From Paecilomyces variotii (lineage: Eukaryota): a stretch of 64,000 bases of DNA. The stretch lies in NCBI GenBank assembly GCA_004022145.1, contig RCNU01000004.1, one strand, 5' to 3'. Below the pieces are notes generated by a model. That model was given only the letters and a program-made list of their open reading frames with translations. It did not search any database and was not told the origin of the DNA. Both the position numbers and the translations under genes were made by a program. This document shows positions 26,989-40,796 of this stretch, one piece after another (the stretch's first letter is position 1; every line of letters begins with the position of its first letter).

Positions 26989-27667
26989 TCATCTTCGGAC
27001 CGCATTCGGGGACAAAGATTCTTCCTTTGCAGGCTTCTTCTTTGGCACTTCACGCTTAGCAATGTTGATGCGATGATACGAGCGTAGGTGCTCGTTCAAG
27101 TGGTCCTTGCGAGGGAAGCCGTTCTTGCCCTTTCGTGCACATTTTGGCACCGGGCAGTTTTGGAACACGGGGTAATGAACAGTAGTCTGATGTCGTTTCA
27201 AGTCTGCAGATCGGGTAAAACTCCTGCCGCAGCTGCACTCGAAAGGTTTCGTGCGTCTGGGAGGAATCAGCTAAATCCTGACGAATGTTGGCTTACTGAA
27301 AGTTAACTCACCTCTCTGATTCCAGAGCCTCCAGGCCTGAGGGCGGACTGCGCGAGAGGGTATTGAGATCATGGGTCTGATTCAAACTGGGGCCCATATC
27401 ATATGGAAAAGCTGTCCGGGGGTCTGTTGGCGAGGACGACTGCATGAAATCGGTGCACTCCATAGGATTTAGGTCGTTCCAATCTGGAAGGTCGTACGCT
27501 TGACCATATGAGTCGAAGTCGTAGCATTGATCGAATGACATTTGGGTAGTATCGATGTTGTTGTCTGTCACCACAGGATACGAGGTTGAGTATTGGCTGG
27601 GAAGACTTGAGTAACTGCCGGTAGTCTGAGTCGAGTCATTGCTGCCCGTAGAGTATGATGGCTCCAT
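26989..27667 (-). CDS. C2H2 zinc-finger transcription factor (2 fingers); intron 27257-27311
   Basis: Ser/Thr/acidic N-terminus spliced (ESER|RTKP) to FECSCGRSFTRSADLKRHQTTVH and CPVPKCARKGKNGFPRKDHLNEHLRSYH, followed by a basic tail PKKKP. Confidence 0.88.
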
Positions 27668-30600
27668 AGCTGGACTATATCCACCGTTATAGTACTAACA
27701 AGGCGAAATGTGAGCAAAACAAGAGCGAGATGAACGAGCAAAGGTATCGTACCATGGTATGTATTTATAGCAGAATTCGTAGTAAGGTACAGTTTAAAGT
27801 AGTAGTATGGCACACAGTAAGCGATGATAGAGTTATGATATGTTCAGAGAGGAGAGTTGATAGCGTGATATATAAGGAGCAATGTACAAACTTTCTGGAA
27901 ATATGAATCTTGAAGGAATGAAGGGCATTTAAGATGGCCTGGGTAGCGAGGTGCTGTCACCTGAGGAAGATCTACGCCTTCACCCATTCGATTTCCGTAT
28001 CAGTTCTGGGATCGGGCTGGAACTACACGTGATGAATGCTGTGTTGGAGGTCTGTTAGACACACAGCCACCAAAGTAATGGTTATTGGGCGACCTTGGCG
28101 AGGACTCCATGAGATATTGGGGAAAAGTGATGCGAAGCTTCACCCTCGAACTGATCTGATCTTCTGGGTTACCAAACGAACGTGGCTCACCTGCGTGCGA
28201 ACCGACGCCGTAACGGGAATCGAACGATCGAAGCATGCATGGAATGTTTTAGTGTCTGAGGCGTATCCAGCAACATGCCGGTGAACCGATCGATGACTTC
28301 GTCATTGGAGTATGCTGGAGACGAAACACGCCACAAGACGGGACGTTCTCAGGCCAAGGGTCCTGGGACGGACGACGAGTCACCGCTAGTTAGGAACTTA
28401 GGAGCTTAGGATATACCGACAGGGTGCTGTGCCTACCCGCCAAGTCCTCCCTGTTACCTGACTTAACCCAGTCGAAGGTATTGCGAAAGAACCATGACGA
28501 TGTGGACCCGTGTTCGTTCAAGAGGCGGAGAGCAATTCCGCAGCCATGAGGCTCGAGTACGAGACGCTCGAGGCATATCGGAGGGGAACAAATATCTCAT
28601 TGCCTATCTAGCCTTACCTATCGCCTCATTCTCAAAGATGGCAGTGCCAATAAGGGTGGAAACTTCAAAGGTCCCTGTCGGAACGGCCCGAGGCTTGCGA
28701 TGTCCGAGGGCATCAGTGTGTGTATACGGGGCAATGAATAACTCGTATTGAGGATGATACTGAGATAGAGCCCAGGATACGGCCACCGCAAGTTGCTGGT
28801 TGAACCCAAGATCATCAGGTAGACAGACGGGGCAGCTTGAGGTTGAACACAACAAGGTACCTGGAAACCCCGGTATGTACCCTATCTCACAACGTGGATC
28901 TTCAGCTTCAGCGAAATTCCGCGACCATCAGACCGCTTCATCAGTGCTGGACAATGAGGTAGCCGGAGAGACAGTTGACTACAATGCCAGATCTTCGGGA
29001 CGGCATACTCACACGGTGCATTATTGGGCCAGTGGACAGTCTCTGCTGGCATCGTCAGACTGCTGCACGGGAATAGTGACTGCAATCCTAATGGTTGCCG
29101 TGTTCAACTGTCGCTTATAGGCTGTTAGGAAGAGCCTTTAGGGAGCCGCATCGCACAGCCCCAATCGCGGTAAAATCCCGCAGCGACCAGACAAAGAATC
29201 GGAAAGACACAACCATGTCTGCACGGTAGTACAAAGTGAGGCGACTCTCAGCCAGTCCACTCACTGAGATGCGTGTCTTGACGTTGTCCCTGGCATCATC
29301 GTCCACAGGGTGCCGAATGGCGGGGTGAACGGGTGAAAGCGAACAACAGGCTTCATCCTCACTGGACTGGAATTCGACAACACCCTGCCGGAGATCAGAT
29401 CGACCCGCTTCCCCGGAGCCTGGGTGGATTTCGTTTCAGGGTATCGATGCCGTTTGGGGACACGTTTCTTGTCATGCTGTTAGGAGTGTTCACTTCAGAG
29501 AGACTCGTGGCCTTCTGACCCCAATGGCCGCTTCTTCAGGAGCCGAGGTATGTATGGCATACATACTTACTCCCCAAGGTGCTCTGTCGATACTACTTCA
29601 CGCCTGAAGTACTGTGCAAATCCTTTGTGCACACCAAGCCCTACTACTAATTTACTAGTTATGGAGCACCGCATAACTCAACAAAGCAAAGCACCATCTA
29701 ATTCTACATCGGTAAAGCCTGCTCGAAAGCTACGCGCGTATGGTGATGCCGCAGAGCGCCAAAACGATGTATGTTGTATGTATGTACAGTACATACATAC
29801 TTCCACGTGGATCAATAGTCTCCCACTGCTCACTTTCAGGCTCCTTCAACGTTTCAGATGTACGCTAACCCTCAGGATCTCCCACCCCTCGTCAGTTGAA
29901 ACATCGTCTACTCCGTACTCCATAGATGAAATTCAGCCCTACAACCCAAAGATGGAGCGATCAATCTCTGCTTGAGCATGATGTCAACATGGCAGATAAC
30001 CTCGAGAGCACTGCCGCCCACCAAGGGTTCATTTCGGCAGTGCCATCAGCTTCGATCGCTATCACAATGCGACCACATTTAGATCTCAACCAGACAGGCA
30101 TTGAGAAGGCAATGATAAAGAACACCCAACAGCGGCCTGAAGAGGTGCGACTGGAGATGGACAGAAATCCATTGAATAGCTCGTTACCTAAGCTGTATCT
30201 TTGGGAGATTACCTCTGGTGACTATCATGGCTAGTCGTTGTTAAGTCGGTGTGAAAATATTCGACCATGAAACATGTTAAACAACCGATCTGCTGCAGTG
30301 CGATGCATACCACCCGCAGCATGGGAGGCCAAATGAGAATTATGTTGGCTCTTCACCGCTTATAGATCATTTCTACCCGATGTTTTACTACTGCTAACGA
30401 GGACTTCTCAGTTCAGCATACTTTCTCATAGTACGGTGGTCATTGTATACCTCTATCTGCACATTCCAGTGTTCATTGAGAGGCCTCATCCAATCTAGAT
30501 AATTGTAGTCACTACGTGGTATATAGGTTACCAGACTGGCCCTAGAAAGGAAAAGAAGGAATATTGGACGATGAAGCCAAGGAAAAAATGTTTCCTGGCT

Positions 30601-30921
30601 TGAGCTTGAATTTGACGACTCTTGAGACATATGGGGGACGATGGCATGACAGTCAAAAAAAAAGCGACAGCCCACCGTAATAAGACAAACCAAGATTCCC
30701 ACACGCCTCAATCAACTAATGTCCTTTCTTCCAAGCACAAAGTCCTGTCTGAGATCAATCCCATTGAATTCAAAGCCTATCGATATCGAAAGTATTTCCG
30801 TTATTGCAGCTGTTGACGCCTAGCCCAGCCCAGCCTAGTGTTATGAAACCTAACTGCCTCGGCTAACCATCCGTTTAACTGCCAAATGAAAACTACCGAT
30901 CCCATAGGAGAAACCATGCCG

Positions 30922-32898
30922 TTACAAATCATCCTCAAGATACTTGTAAATAAATTTGAAGTCCGCCTTACGCCGATTCATCCTGGAGACGAGATGTTAG
31001 ATCAGGTATGACAACAGGGCTGTTTATGATGACTTACCATGTGCTTTCATAATCGAAGAATCGGTAGGTACCCTGCTCAAACTCCTCTGTGATTGTCTTC
31101 GGCTCCTCGTGACGCTGGAACCAGGTCTGGTACTGCTTGTGGAAACGCCAACTCTGATTTTTCAGCGCCTTGGCCGCTAGATATTGCTGGTATGTGCCCT
31201 GACGATAATAGAAGATATAGAACAGTGTATCTGTGTCTATCCTTCCTGTCTCGTATAGCCGTGGGTCGTCGAGGATTGGCAGCGGCTCCTGAGGATAATA
31301 GATGGGCGTGTTATAAGGGTTCTGCGGCTTGTAGTGCTTTGGCTTCTCGGCATCGGTAGGCTCGGGGCAAGTCGTGAGCGATGCGGCCAGCAAACGCTGT
31401 ACCGACGGCGATTGGTTCACTGATGCTGTTGCTCTTTCCTTCGTTATCTCGAAAGATTGTATTAGATCTTGCAAGCCGGGAGGAAGGTGATATATCGAAT
31501 CCTCTGCATTTACATCCTGCTTGGAGACATCGCCATTTGTCACTGGTTGATCCTTAGTAGCTATGGACTCTGCCTTATCCGCTGCCGGCGTTGAGGATGG
31601 TCCAGCACCCAAAGAACCTGCCGCTGAGCCTGCTACTGGAGTACCTGGGCTGAGAGCTTGTGTCTTTGTCCGCGCTTGGGTGGAAGGCTCTTCCGCGCTT
31701 GGAGCCGTTGGCACTGCTTTCTGGACAGGTTGTGCAGCTGGAACGCGTGGGGAGGCCGTAGACGAAGCTTTCGAAACGGGAAAGGCTGCCGAAATTGCAG
31801 GGCTCGCTCCTGGAGGAGGTGGTAGAGGTGCAATACCGACCCCATTCTTATCGCTTGCGGCAGCAGCAGCAGCGGCAGATGCATACTTCAACGTCTCTCC
31901 GGGAAGACGGGTAGGTGGAGGAGCAGGCTTCATACCGCTAGCGGAGGAGGACGAGGGAGTATTGGGATGCAGTGTTGCGAGAACCGGAAGAGGCGACTTC
32001 ATCTGGGTGGATGGCCTTCGTGGTGCCGCAGGATCTGCCTTGGGCTTCCCTCGTGCCTCTGGCTCATCCTCCTGTACTGACTGTGCATCCTGCGAAGAGA
32101 CCCGGTCGTTGTCACCAACGACACCAAACTGAGACTCCTCGTCGCCAAGGTTCAAGTCATCGTAGAGCGTTTCATCCTCGCCTGAGTAGTCCACGTTGTG
32201 ACCGTCCTCGACATAGTACTTAATGCTGTCCTTCAGATCCACGACCTGGGCCGTTTCCACGTTACCGTTCTGAAGTGACCGTAAAAGCAACTCGAGCTTG
32301 TTGACATGCCATCTATGTCGTTCCGATATCCGCGAGATGTCCGCTAAGCGATTCGTTTTCGCCACGTCCTTCTTGCCCTTCTTCACCGACGCATGTAGGG
32401 TCTCCTCTTCGGCCTCCATCGCCTCTATCTTCTGCTGGAGCTCGTCCACCATGCTCGACAGGAAATCAGCAGCTTCAGCCTTCTCCTTCTCCTTAGGATC
32501 TAATCGAGATGCGGCGGATAGCCCTTCCTTCGAGTATGCCTTCGTCTTCATCTCCTTCTCTACGGCCTTGAATTGTTCCATACACTGCATACTAGTTAGC
32601 TCACTGTATCTCGCGCAACCGTAGGGTATCGGCCATGGCGTACTGTTTCGATGGCCCTCCGCTGCTCCAGCAGTGGGTTCTTGTCTTTCACCTCATTTCC
32701 GGCCGCCCACGACTTGATCTGATCTCGGAATCGCTGAAGCTTCTTGATCTCTCGTTTGAGGTTGTCCTCTAGCTTATCGCGCTGCGCAGGATTGGACGTG
32801 GATCGGATCTTTTCATATATGCCTTCAAATGTTTGTATACCTTCAGCGACCTTCTTGAAGGTCTTGTCGATCTCTTGCTGCGTTTTTCGGGACGTCAT
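30922..32898 (-). CDS. NOT3: CCR4-NOT complex subunit Not3/Not5; introns 32585-32643 and 30983-31037
   Basis: N-terminal RKTQQEIDKTFKKVAEG...KLEDNLKREIKKLQRFRDQIKSW and C-terminal NOT box (DTLFYIFYY.QGTYQQYLAAKALKNQSWRFHK...W|MNRRKADFKFIYKYLED). Confidence 0.95.
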
Positions 32899-33561
32899 GG
32901 CTGCTGTTCATATGAACAGGAGGCTGTGGGTATGGGTCCCTGTGCGGAGGAAAATAGGACGCTACAAGCTCCTACGTCGAGCAAGTGCGTGGACGCGTCT
33001 TCGTAGATGTTATTTGGGTGCGCCACGAGGGCTGTCTGAATGCTCGCAGAACCAAACAACGGTGGCGTTGTGCTGGGAAACTCGATTTCAGCGTCGTGAA
33101 GCCTTGTTCCGGAGGTGTCAAGCTGGACGATGCCAAGACCAATCAGAGGGCACTAACACCTGAACCGAAGATCTGACGTCTGCAAAGGCGACGGAAGCTA
33201 TCTCAACGATTTGATTGATTTGTTTTGTTTTGTTTGGCAACTTGACCACTGGCTGTCCTGGAGACGGTCGAGAATAACACATGGACCGGTCGCTATGAGC
33301 TTTGATTGTTGATCGTGGTCGTCCTTCTGCTCTCGATGCCCAGCGCTGAGCATGCGATAGGTAGGCGGCCCCGAATCGATCGCCGCATTCGGTGGTCGAG
33401 GTGAAAAGAGATCTGTCGCACCCCTATTATTATTGCGCGCATTATACAATCATTCTGTGTTTATTCTTGAATACATATTTATTTTCAATATCCAACTGAC
33501 TCGTTTCTATCTTCATCCAGAATCCTTGCGATCGTAAGCTACAACAAACGAAGAATCCAAT

Positions 33562-34407
33562 ATGAAAGGTCTCTCCCCGCTTTCACTCCACCCACGCCAG
33601 AATGAGGGTTAACCAAGCCAATAGCGATTTTACAGAGAGTTACGTCGGCTTCGGTCACGGTCGACAAGCAGCTTATCTCGTCAATCGGTCGGGGGATTCT
33701 GGTATTTGCGGCCATTGGCAAGGATGATACAGAGAAGGATGCGGAGTCTCTTGCGGCAAAGGTCCTGAAGGCGAAGCTATGGCCAGATGATTCTGGGTCG
33801 ACGGTTAGTGGACATCACTGATGCATCGTCAGTTGCGCGAGTGATCTGACATCTGAGCGGGTGTCTCTAGTGGAAAAAGAGTGTCCAGGATGTACAAGGA
33901 GAGGTCCTTTGTGGTGAGTACTCTAGCCCAATAGCCTGTAGATGTAGCTGACCCAAGATATATAGTCTCGCAGTTTACTCTGATGGCAACCATGAAGAAG
34001 GGCAACAAGCCGGATTTCCATAGCGCGGCTGACCCTGAATCAGCACGAAAGCTGTACGACCACTTCTATAACAAAGTGCGAGATCTATACCAGGCAGACC
34101 GCGTGAAGAATGGCGTATTCCAGGCCATGATGGAGGTAGAACTCAAAAATGATGGACCGGTGGGTGTAGATTACCGCAGTGAAGACGGAGCGGTATAGTA
34201 ACTACTATCCCGAGTCATGACATGGCTGACTTGACACAGGTTACGATCGAAATCAACACCAACCTTCCCAAACCAGAAAAGAAAGAGACGCCATCTGCTC
34301 AAGGCTCTGAGGGAAAGGGGAAGGAAAAATCGACAGAGTCGAAAGAAGGGGAATCCAAAGGAAGCCAGTACTTTGAATTCAAGCTTCCAGCATCCCTATT
34401 AGAATAG
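33562..34407 (+). CDS. DTD1: D-aminoacyl-tRNA deacylase; 5 exons
   Basis: Spliced MKAILQRVTSASVTVD, VLC|VSQFTL, KGNKPDFH and GVFQAMMEVELKNDGP|VTI (Gly-cisPro motif). Confidence 0.93.
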
Positions 34408-34840
34408 ACATACCATATATATAGATCAACCTAAAATAAAAAATAAAAAAAATTAAAACAAGAGAAGTAACGAAACGACAAAGCACATGGATGGCTCGTA
34501 CCATAGATCTCGAGCTGTAGCCTATGTACTAGTATCAGACACTATTCTTTAGTGTAAGCGCTCCGCCTAGAGTATTCCTTAGGGCTTAGGATTTTGTTCC
34601 TGGGCGGGGTTTTGCGGCACTTGGCGGGGCATCAACCATGCGGACAGGGAAAGTGAAGGGCGGCATGGAAGCTTCTTGAATATCCTGAGGGGCCCTGGCG
34701 AACCTGCCCCAGCAGTTAGTTCTTCAAGTGTCTCCCGGCTGCTGCTACTGAGTACAATACTTCAAATAGTGGACTTCTGTCGTCTCTTGCATCTCTCCAG
34801 ATATACCCTCAGACGTCGTTTGCTTGAGCATCCATCCATC

Positions 34841-36212
34841 ATGGCTGAGTCAAATAGTATGTGATTGCGCGACACCTGAAAACCCCGCATAGGATCGGAC
34901 TGACCTTATCTCCCATCCAGGCCGTCCTCGCGTGTTCTTTGACATCCAGATTGGGGATAGAAAGGAGGGCAGGATTGTCTTTGAGTTGGTACGATGAGTC
35001 TCTTAATCAATGTGTGTTGGTGACGATTTTACTAACTGTTTACAGTTCAACGATGGTAGATGACCCCGCAACGAGTACGACAGAACACAGTAGAGGCTGA
35101 CTGAATGCAGTTGTCCCAAAGACCGCAGAGAATTTCCGCGCTCTTTGCACGGGAGAGAAGGGTGTTGGAAAGCAGGGCAAGCCATTGAGCTATAAGGGTA
35201 TGTGCTTTTTTCACAATCCGTCCAGCTCTCGCAACCGCAAGAGGTGCAAGCATTAACTGTAGCATGATTAGGCTCGATTTTCCACCGGGTCATTAAGCAG
35301 TTCATGATCCAGGGTGGTGACTTCACTGCTTTCAATGGTACTGGCGGCGAATCGATCTATGGCGAGAAGTTCCCCGACGAGAACTTCGAGCTCAAGCACG
35401 ACCGCCCCTTCCTACTGTCCATGGCCAACTCTGGTCCTGGCACCAACGGCAGCCAGTTCTTCGTGACCACCGTTCCCACCCCTCACCTAGATGGCAAACA
35501 CGTCGTGTTCGGAGAAGTGATCAACGGCAAGAGTCTTGTTCGCAAGATCGAGAACATTCCTACCCAGGCAGACAAGCCCGTTGTGGATGTGACCGTGGTG
35601 GACTGTGGTGAATTGAAGGGTGAGGACTACCAGAAGGCTGGAGAGAAGATCGTCGATAGCACTGGCGACACATACGAAGACTACCCCGACGACCACCAGG
35701 GAGAGGAACTGTCCGCGCCTCTGGTTTTCAAGATCGCCTCTGAATTGAAGGAGTTTGGTAACAAGGCTTTCAAGAGCGGCAACACCGAGCTCGGACTCGA
35801 GAAGTACCAGAAGGGCCTGCGCTACCTCAACGAATTCCCGGAACCGGGTGACAACGATCCCAAGGAACTTGGTCCGCAGATGAAGGCTCTCCGCTTCACC
35901 CTTCACTCCAATTCTGCTCTCCTCGCCAACAAGCTGGGCCAGTTCAAGAACGGTCAGACTTGGGCCACCTACGCCATCGAGACTGCGGCTGCAGCTAACG
36001 CCAAGGACGCTGATAAGGCCAAGGCCTATTACCGTCGTGCAGTCGCCAATATCGGTCTGAAGGAGGAAGAGGAGGCCCTCAAGGACCTCCAGGAGGCCTC
36101 CAAGCTTGCTCCCGGCGATGCCGCCATCACGAACGAGATTGCTAGGGTTAAGAAGACCGTCAAGGACCGTGAGGCCAAGGAGAAGGCTGCCCTGAGGAAG
36201 TTCTTCTCGTGA
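34841..36212 (+). CDS. CPR6: Cyclophilin-40 / peptidyl-prolyl isomerase D with TPR repeats; 5 exons, including a 10-nt microexon at 35046-35055
   Basis: [65 protein letters not shown], and C-terminal TPRs ([16 protein letters not shown]). Confidence 0.95.
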
Positions 36213-36691
36213 AATCCGGATAACTATCTCTCATTGTTGAAGAAGTTCAACTTAGAGAACTAGACTCAACACATTGTCTGGTGTGGTCCGATTGGATACG
36301 AAAAGGACATGTGTGTCTCGATGGGTTGCTCTTAATGATCATGAGCTCTTATTTGCTTAAAACGTGGTGTTTCTGCATTATGGGCAGCATGGAGAAATGG
36401 CGCAATTCTGCTTCCGTGGGGAAGTCAGGTACAGTGGGCTTTTGTTCTTATGGACGCAGGATGGGCAATAGTCTCTCAGATGAGAAGTAAAGAATGAAAA
36501 GTTAATCATTGATATATTGCAGAAGACCTCGCCAACTAGAAGACTTAACTAAGACTTGGTATCACCTACGCAACATCACCCCGCAGCCTTTCCTCTGACA
36601 ACTCCCCTTAAAAGGAACACTAGTTATACTCCTTCAAAGTCACACACCCCAGTTTTCCCCTTACCCCATTAAACCTGTGCGTGCCAGGTCA

Positions 36692-38245
36692 TTATTTCTG
36701 CATTTTATCACTTGTATAGGCACACGTTCCCATGTCCAACTTGACGGCTTTCGTTTCAGGCCTTATATCGAAATCAAAGATATCCATGGGCAAACCAATC
36801 GTTGTGCACGCGTTCGGAATGTCCACGATACCGGCAATATGGCCCTGCACAGGCGCAGAGCTCAGCAGAAGATAGATCTGGTAGTCATCGTAGCCATAAC
36901 GACGAAGATACTCGATCACACGGAGACAAGTCTGCCTGTAAGCGACTGTCGTATCAAGAAAGTGCTGTTTGCCATTCTCGTCGACGGAGAAGCCCTCGAA
37001 GGTGAGATATCTGCCCGGGCCGAATTGCGGCTCGACGGGACCAGGATGGAAGATAGGTGATTTCATACCCAGCTGGGCTACGCCATCCTTGATGACGGAG
37101 AACTTGATCGTGATGATGCCGGCCATTTCGATGGCGCCGCAGAAGGAGATCTCGCCGTCACCTTGGGAGAAGTGAAGGTCGCCGACGGAGAATTTGGCGC
37201 CGGGGACGTGAACAGGGAGGTAGACCTTGGAACCACGAGATAGGTTCTTGATGTCGCAGTTGCCACCGTTCTCCGGTCGGCCCTAGTTTGGATTCTGTTA
37301 GGATATTGAGAGAGAGAAAAAGGTATCCGGTTAGAGAACATACGGGAATGGTTCTCGCTCCTTCTTGAGCGACCTTCTCCTTGATCTCTGGGGTGGCAGC
37401 ACCGGCATGAGCATACTTTGGCTCTGGTGGCTTTGCAACGTCGCGACCCAGGTGAGAGTGAGTAGCGATCAATTCTCCTTCACGCTTGTTCCATTCCGCC
37501 AGGATCTCCGCGGATGGAGCACATCCCAGGATACCGGGATGGATGAGGCCTGGGAAGCGGACATGGGGAATGTGTCGCGAAGAGCAGAAGATTCCCTCAA
37601 AGTCCCAGATCGCCTTGGCGCTGTTAACAACTATTATTAGTGTCTTGATTTCGTTTGTAGCTGATGAATGAATGAATGCATTGGCAGATTTCCGTGCCGA
37701 GAGCGTAATTACTACTCACCACTCAGGGTAGAAGTCATCCAGGAAACCACCCCCGTTCTCCTTGTGAAAGATGCCAGTAAAGCCCCATGGTTGGTCTTGG
37801 AATGGCTGAACGTCCTGGATTTCTACAACCAGCACATCGCCCGGTTCGGCCGTCTCGATGTCGAATGGGCCTGACAAGTAGTGTATCCGGTTCAGATCGA
37901 CATTTCGAAGGTCGTCTGCAGAGTCGTTGTTTCCAATCTGGCCACCAGTCCAGTCCATGCATTCGATCTTGACGACCTCATTGTTTGCGATCTTAGCGCA
38001 AGCCGGGACTGTTTGATGGGGTTATTTTCGTTAGAAGACTGGGAACATCCACAGATAGTGGCGAGAGTTAGAAAGACGGCAAAACACATACTATCTGGAT
38101 GCCATCGGTTCTAAGGGTTACAGTTAGAAAAACAACGAAAGACATTGTCATCTGGTAAGCAATTTCGTACATGTAGATAAGGCTGCTCCCAGGCAGGCTT
38201 GCTCCAGTCAATCTTGACTGCCGTGCGGATTTCCTTGGCGCCCAT
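36692..38245 (-). CDS. fmdS: Formamidase (FmdA/AmdA family), multi-exon
   Basis: LH|NRWHPD, IECMDWTGGQI, HYLSGP, AEPGDVLVVEI, RFPGLIHPGILGCAPS, ENGGNCDIKNL and GDLHFSQGDGEISFCGAIE. Confidence 0.95.
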
Positions 38246-38551
38246 TGTTCACTGTTCACAGTATATCTGATTTTTGGGAACTATTACCCTTATACGAAAA
38301 GAAAGTCTCGCAAGAAAAGAGAGAACCTCAGGCTGACAAATTCTCGAGTAAATAGTTAAAAAAACAACTCTTCTTGTAAGTTCACCACCGCGGGCGTTAG
38401 CGGTCCTTAAGTATCAACACTTCCCAGTTCCAGGCGGGGAGAGACCGTGCAATCCCTCCTCACTCCATATCGGACGAGAGGAGGCGCGATATTATTATAC
38501 TTTGCCAATTGTAAATCTAAAATGCCTGGACGATCCTGAGGGCATGCTCAG

Positions 38552-38671
38552 TTATCGAGTGCATCCATCCTTGCCCCGCAGGAGGGGAAATGGCCAAGGA
38601 TTAATGTTACGCGATAGCCAGGCCGCTTATCTTCTTCGCCTATCAATTTTTCCAGGTTTTCTTTCTTATCA
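38552..38671. promoter_or_regulatory. Cluster of five HGATAR (GATA/AreA-type) sites upstream of fmdS
   Basis: TTATCG at 38552, CGATAG at 38612, TTATCT at 38627, CTATCA at 38640 and TTATCA at 38666; fmdS is AreA-regulated in A. nidulans. Confidence 0.55.
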
Positions 38672-39468
38672 GGCCCGAATCCCGCTCCAGACGTCGAGCA
38701 ATTCCCGGCGCCGATTTCGCTGCTGTTTAGGGGTTCTTGTGCTTGTGGAAACTGGAAAAGACGTTGATGATGGGGTGTTTTCCGCCAATCGTCGAATATT
38801 TAACAGTCGGGTCGCGGATGCGGCTATGATTGTTGTCGCAAAGTTCCCAACAGTTCCACAAGCTGGTCTGCTACTACATACATAGTTAGATATGCTAGGT
38901 AGATCTGCTCTTCCATTTGCAACTTTCGTTTTTCCAGAGGCTTGGCACCACTACACACAGGGCCATTGTGGTTCTTGATCTCTATTCCGTCCTGGCGTGT
39001 GGTTCGTCTATCTTCAGTTTTTTTGCTCTCAACGGTAACGAACTTTAATCACAAAGAGGCCCAAGTATTAGGACTAGATATGTATAGGGGATGCCATGAC
39101 TTACGTCTCGCGTCTGTCTTGGGGCTCATGCTATGCTGAGTAGGCGTTATCAGAGCTGGGTGATTTGCCCGGTTGGCGACGGTCTCTACACATCTCTAAT
39201 AACACTCAGAGGTTTATACGTATGTTCAATACATATATAGTCGGAAATACCCTGTCGCAGATGGTGCATTTGTATGTCCCGGCTCCCTGATGATCTCTGG
39301 AAGAATTGACAAGAGGTCACTTGAGGCCTTTTTATTATCATGAAACCGCTCAAGCTTAAACAAATAAAAGACTTGAATGATAGTTAGGGATTGGTCAGCC
39401 CTGTATGCCAGTGACTAGTTATCTGGGAGAACCCTGCTCCAGGCCCATATCCCCGTAAACGCTATGTA

Positions 39469-40796
39469 CTAAATGGCCTTGCCTGCCGGAACAGAAGACG
39501 AGGTGTCGTAGTCACTGCCCTGATCTTCACTGCGATCCACATTGTACTTGTCCAGATTGTCCAGTGACAGCTTCAGGAACTCATGCTTATTCTTCCATCT
39601 CACCTGAGACTCCACGAATCCTGAACTGTATGCTGGTGGAGGTGGTGGATCCGTGATCTTGGTAATCAAATAAGCTGTCGAGGCTTGAGCAATACCATAC
39701 ATGAGTACTCCGATGAATGGCGTCCGGAGAGCGATCGTGAAACCGAAGGCAAATCCAAACAGGACACCTTCGCGGTCGAGAAACCATCGACGTTTTTGCT
39801 CCTTATCGAATTTGACACGGGAAAAATAAGGCTCGAGCTGGTTGAAAGTTCAGAATGAGCAGCCAACGGATATGAATGCGAGAGCTGACTTACCAATTCT
39901 CGCATTAAGCTGCGGGATGCGAAGTAGCTGTGTAGAAAGGTAACAAGTAGTTTCCTGGGAAGGAATATACCCGACCCGAAGATGACAGCCGCTGGGACCG
40001 TTCCTACACTCTTTCGGAAGGCGTAGAAACTGGCCGCGGGCATAACAAATCGACCAACAACCGGAAGCAAGGACAGGAGGTATATTCCCACCCACATTCC
40101 AACCTTGCGGCCATATCGCTTCGCAAAAGCCGCCAGTGCCTGTGGCAATGGCTTGGAAGGTCCTGAAGGACCCTTGGTGGAGTACATTACAAGATTAGGG
40201 TAGTACATAGCGCGGAGTTCCTTGGGGTCATCCTTCTTATGCTTCTGGACATAGGTCGTGTCGACCCATCTCAGGGATTGCATGAAACTGCAATTGTCAG
40301 CATATCTAGTTTTGACCTGCTGCCAGGAAAACCTACATGTCATCCAGGGTGGGAGTAATATATCGCATCAACGTCATAAGAAGGAATGGCACCTGAAGCA
40401 CGAAATTGGAAACAAAGTCCAAGCCCTCAAGGAGCTTGTCATCCCATGTGGCATGATCCAAGTCGGCAACTAATGATACTATCCAAAGCAAGACCTTGAT
40501 CGCAAGGATCTGAAAGAATCAATCAATTAATGTCTAGTAAGCAAAGAAGCATTTGTTCTGCACGTACAGGTATCTGCACAATGATATGGATGGCAACTCC
40601 AGCGGCTATGGCAATTGCCGCTTGCCGAAAATGCTCATGTTTGAAGAGTTCCGGATTTTGAAGGGCGCGCACCGCTATTTCATATGTTTGATTAGACTCT
40701 ATCCGCTTCGATAAAACTCTGCAGCTTGAGAGACTCACTTCCTACCACGGTGAGCTGGAAACCACGAATCACCGCATTGGGTTCGAAGTTGGACAT
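39469..40796 (-). CDS. usgS: Transmembrane protein UsgS (EI24-like), multi-exon
   Basis: Starts MSNFEPNAVIRGFQLTVVG; ALQNPELFK, FMQSLRWVD, SRSLMREL|LEPYFSR and WFLDREGVLFGF; co-oriented directly upstream of fmdS, as in A. nidulans. Confidence 0.85.

Noticed and set aside
32899-32911. Out-of-frame upstream ATG overlapping the NOT3 start
   Set aside because: It sits just before AACAG/CAG acceptor-like sites and may lie in a 5'-UTR intron; it cannot be called a uORF without transcript data.
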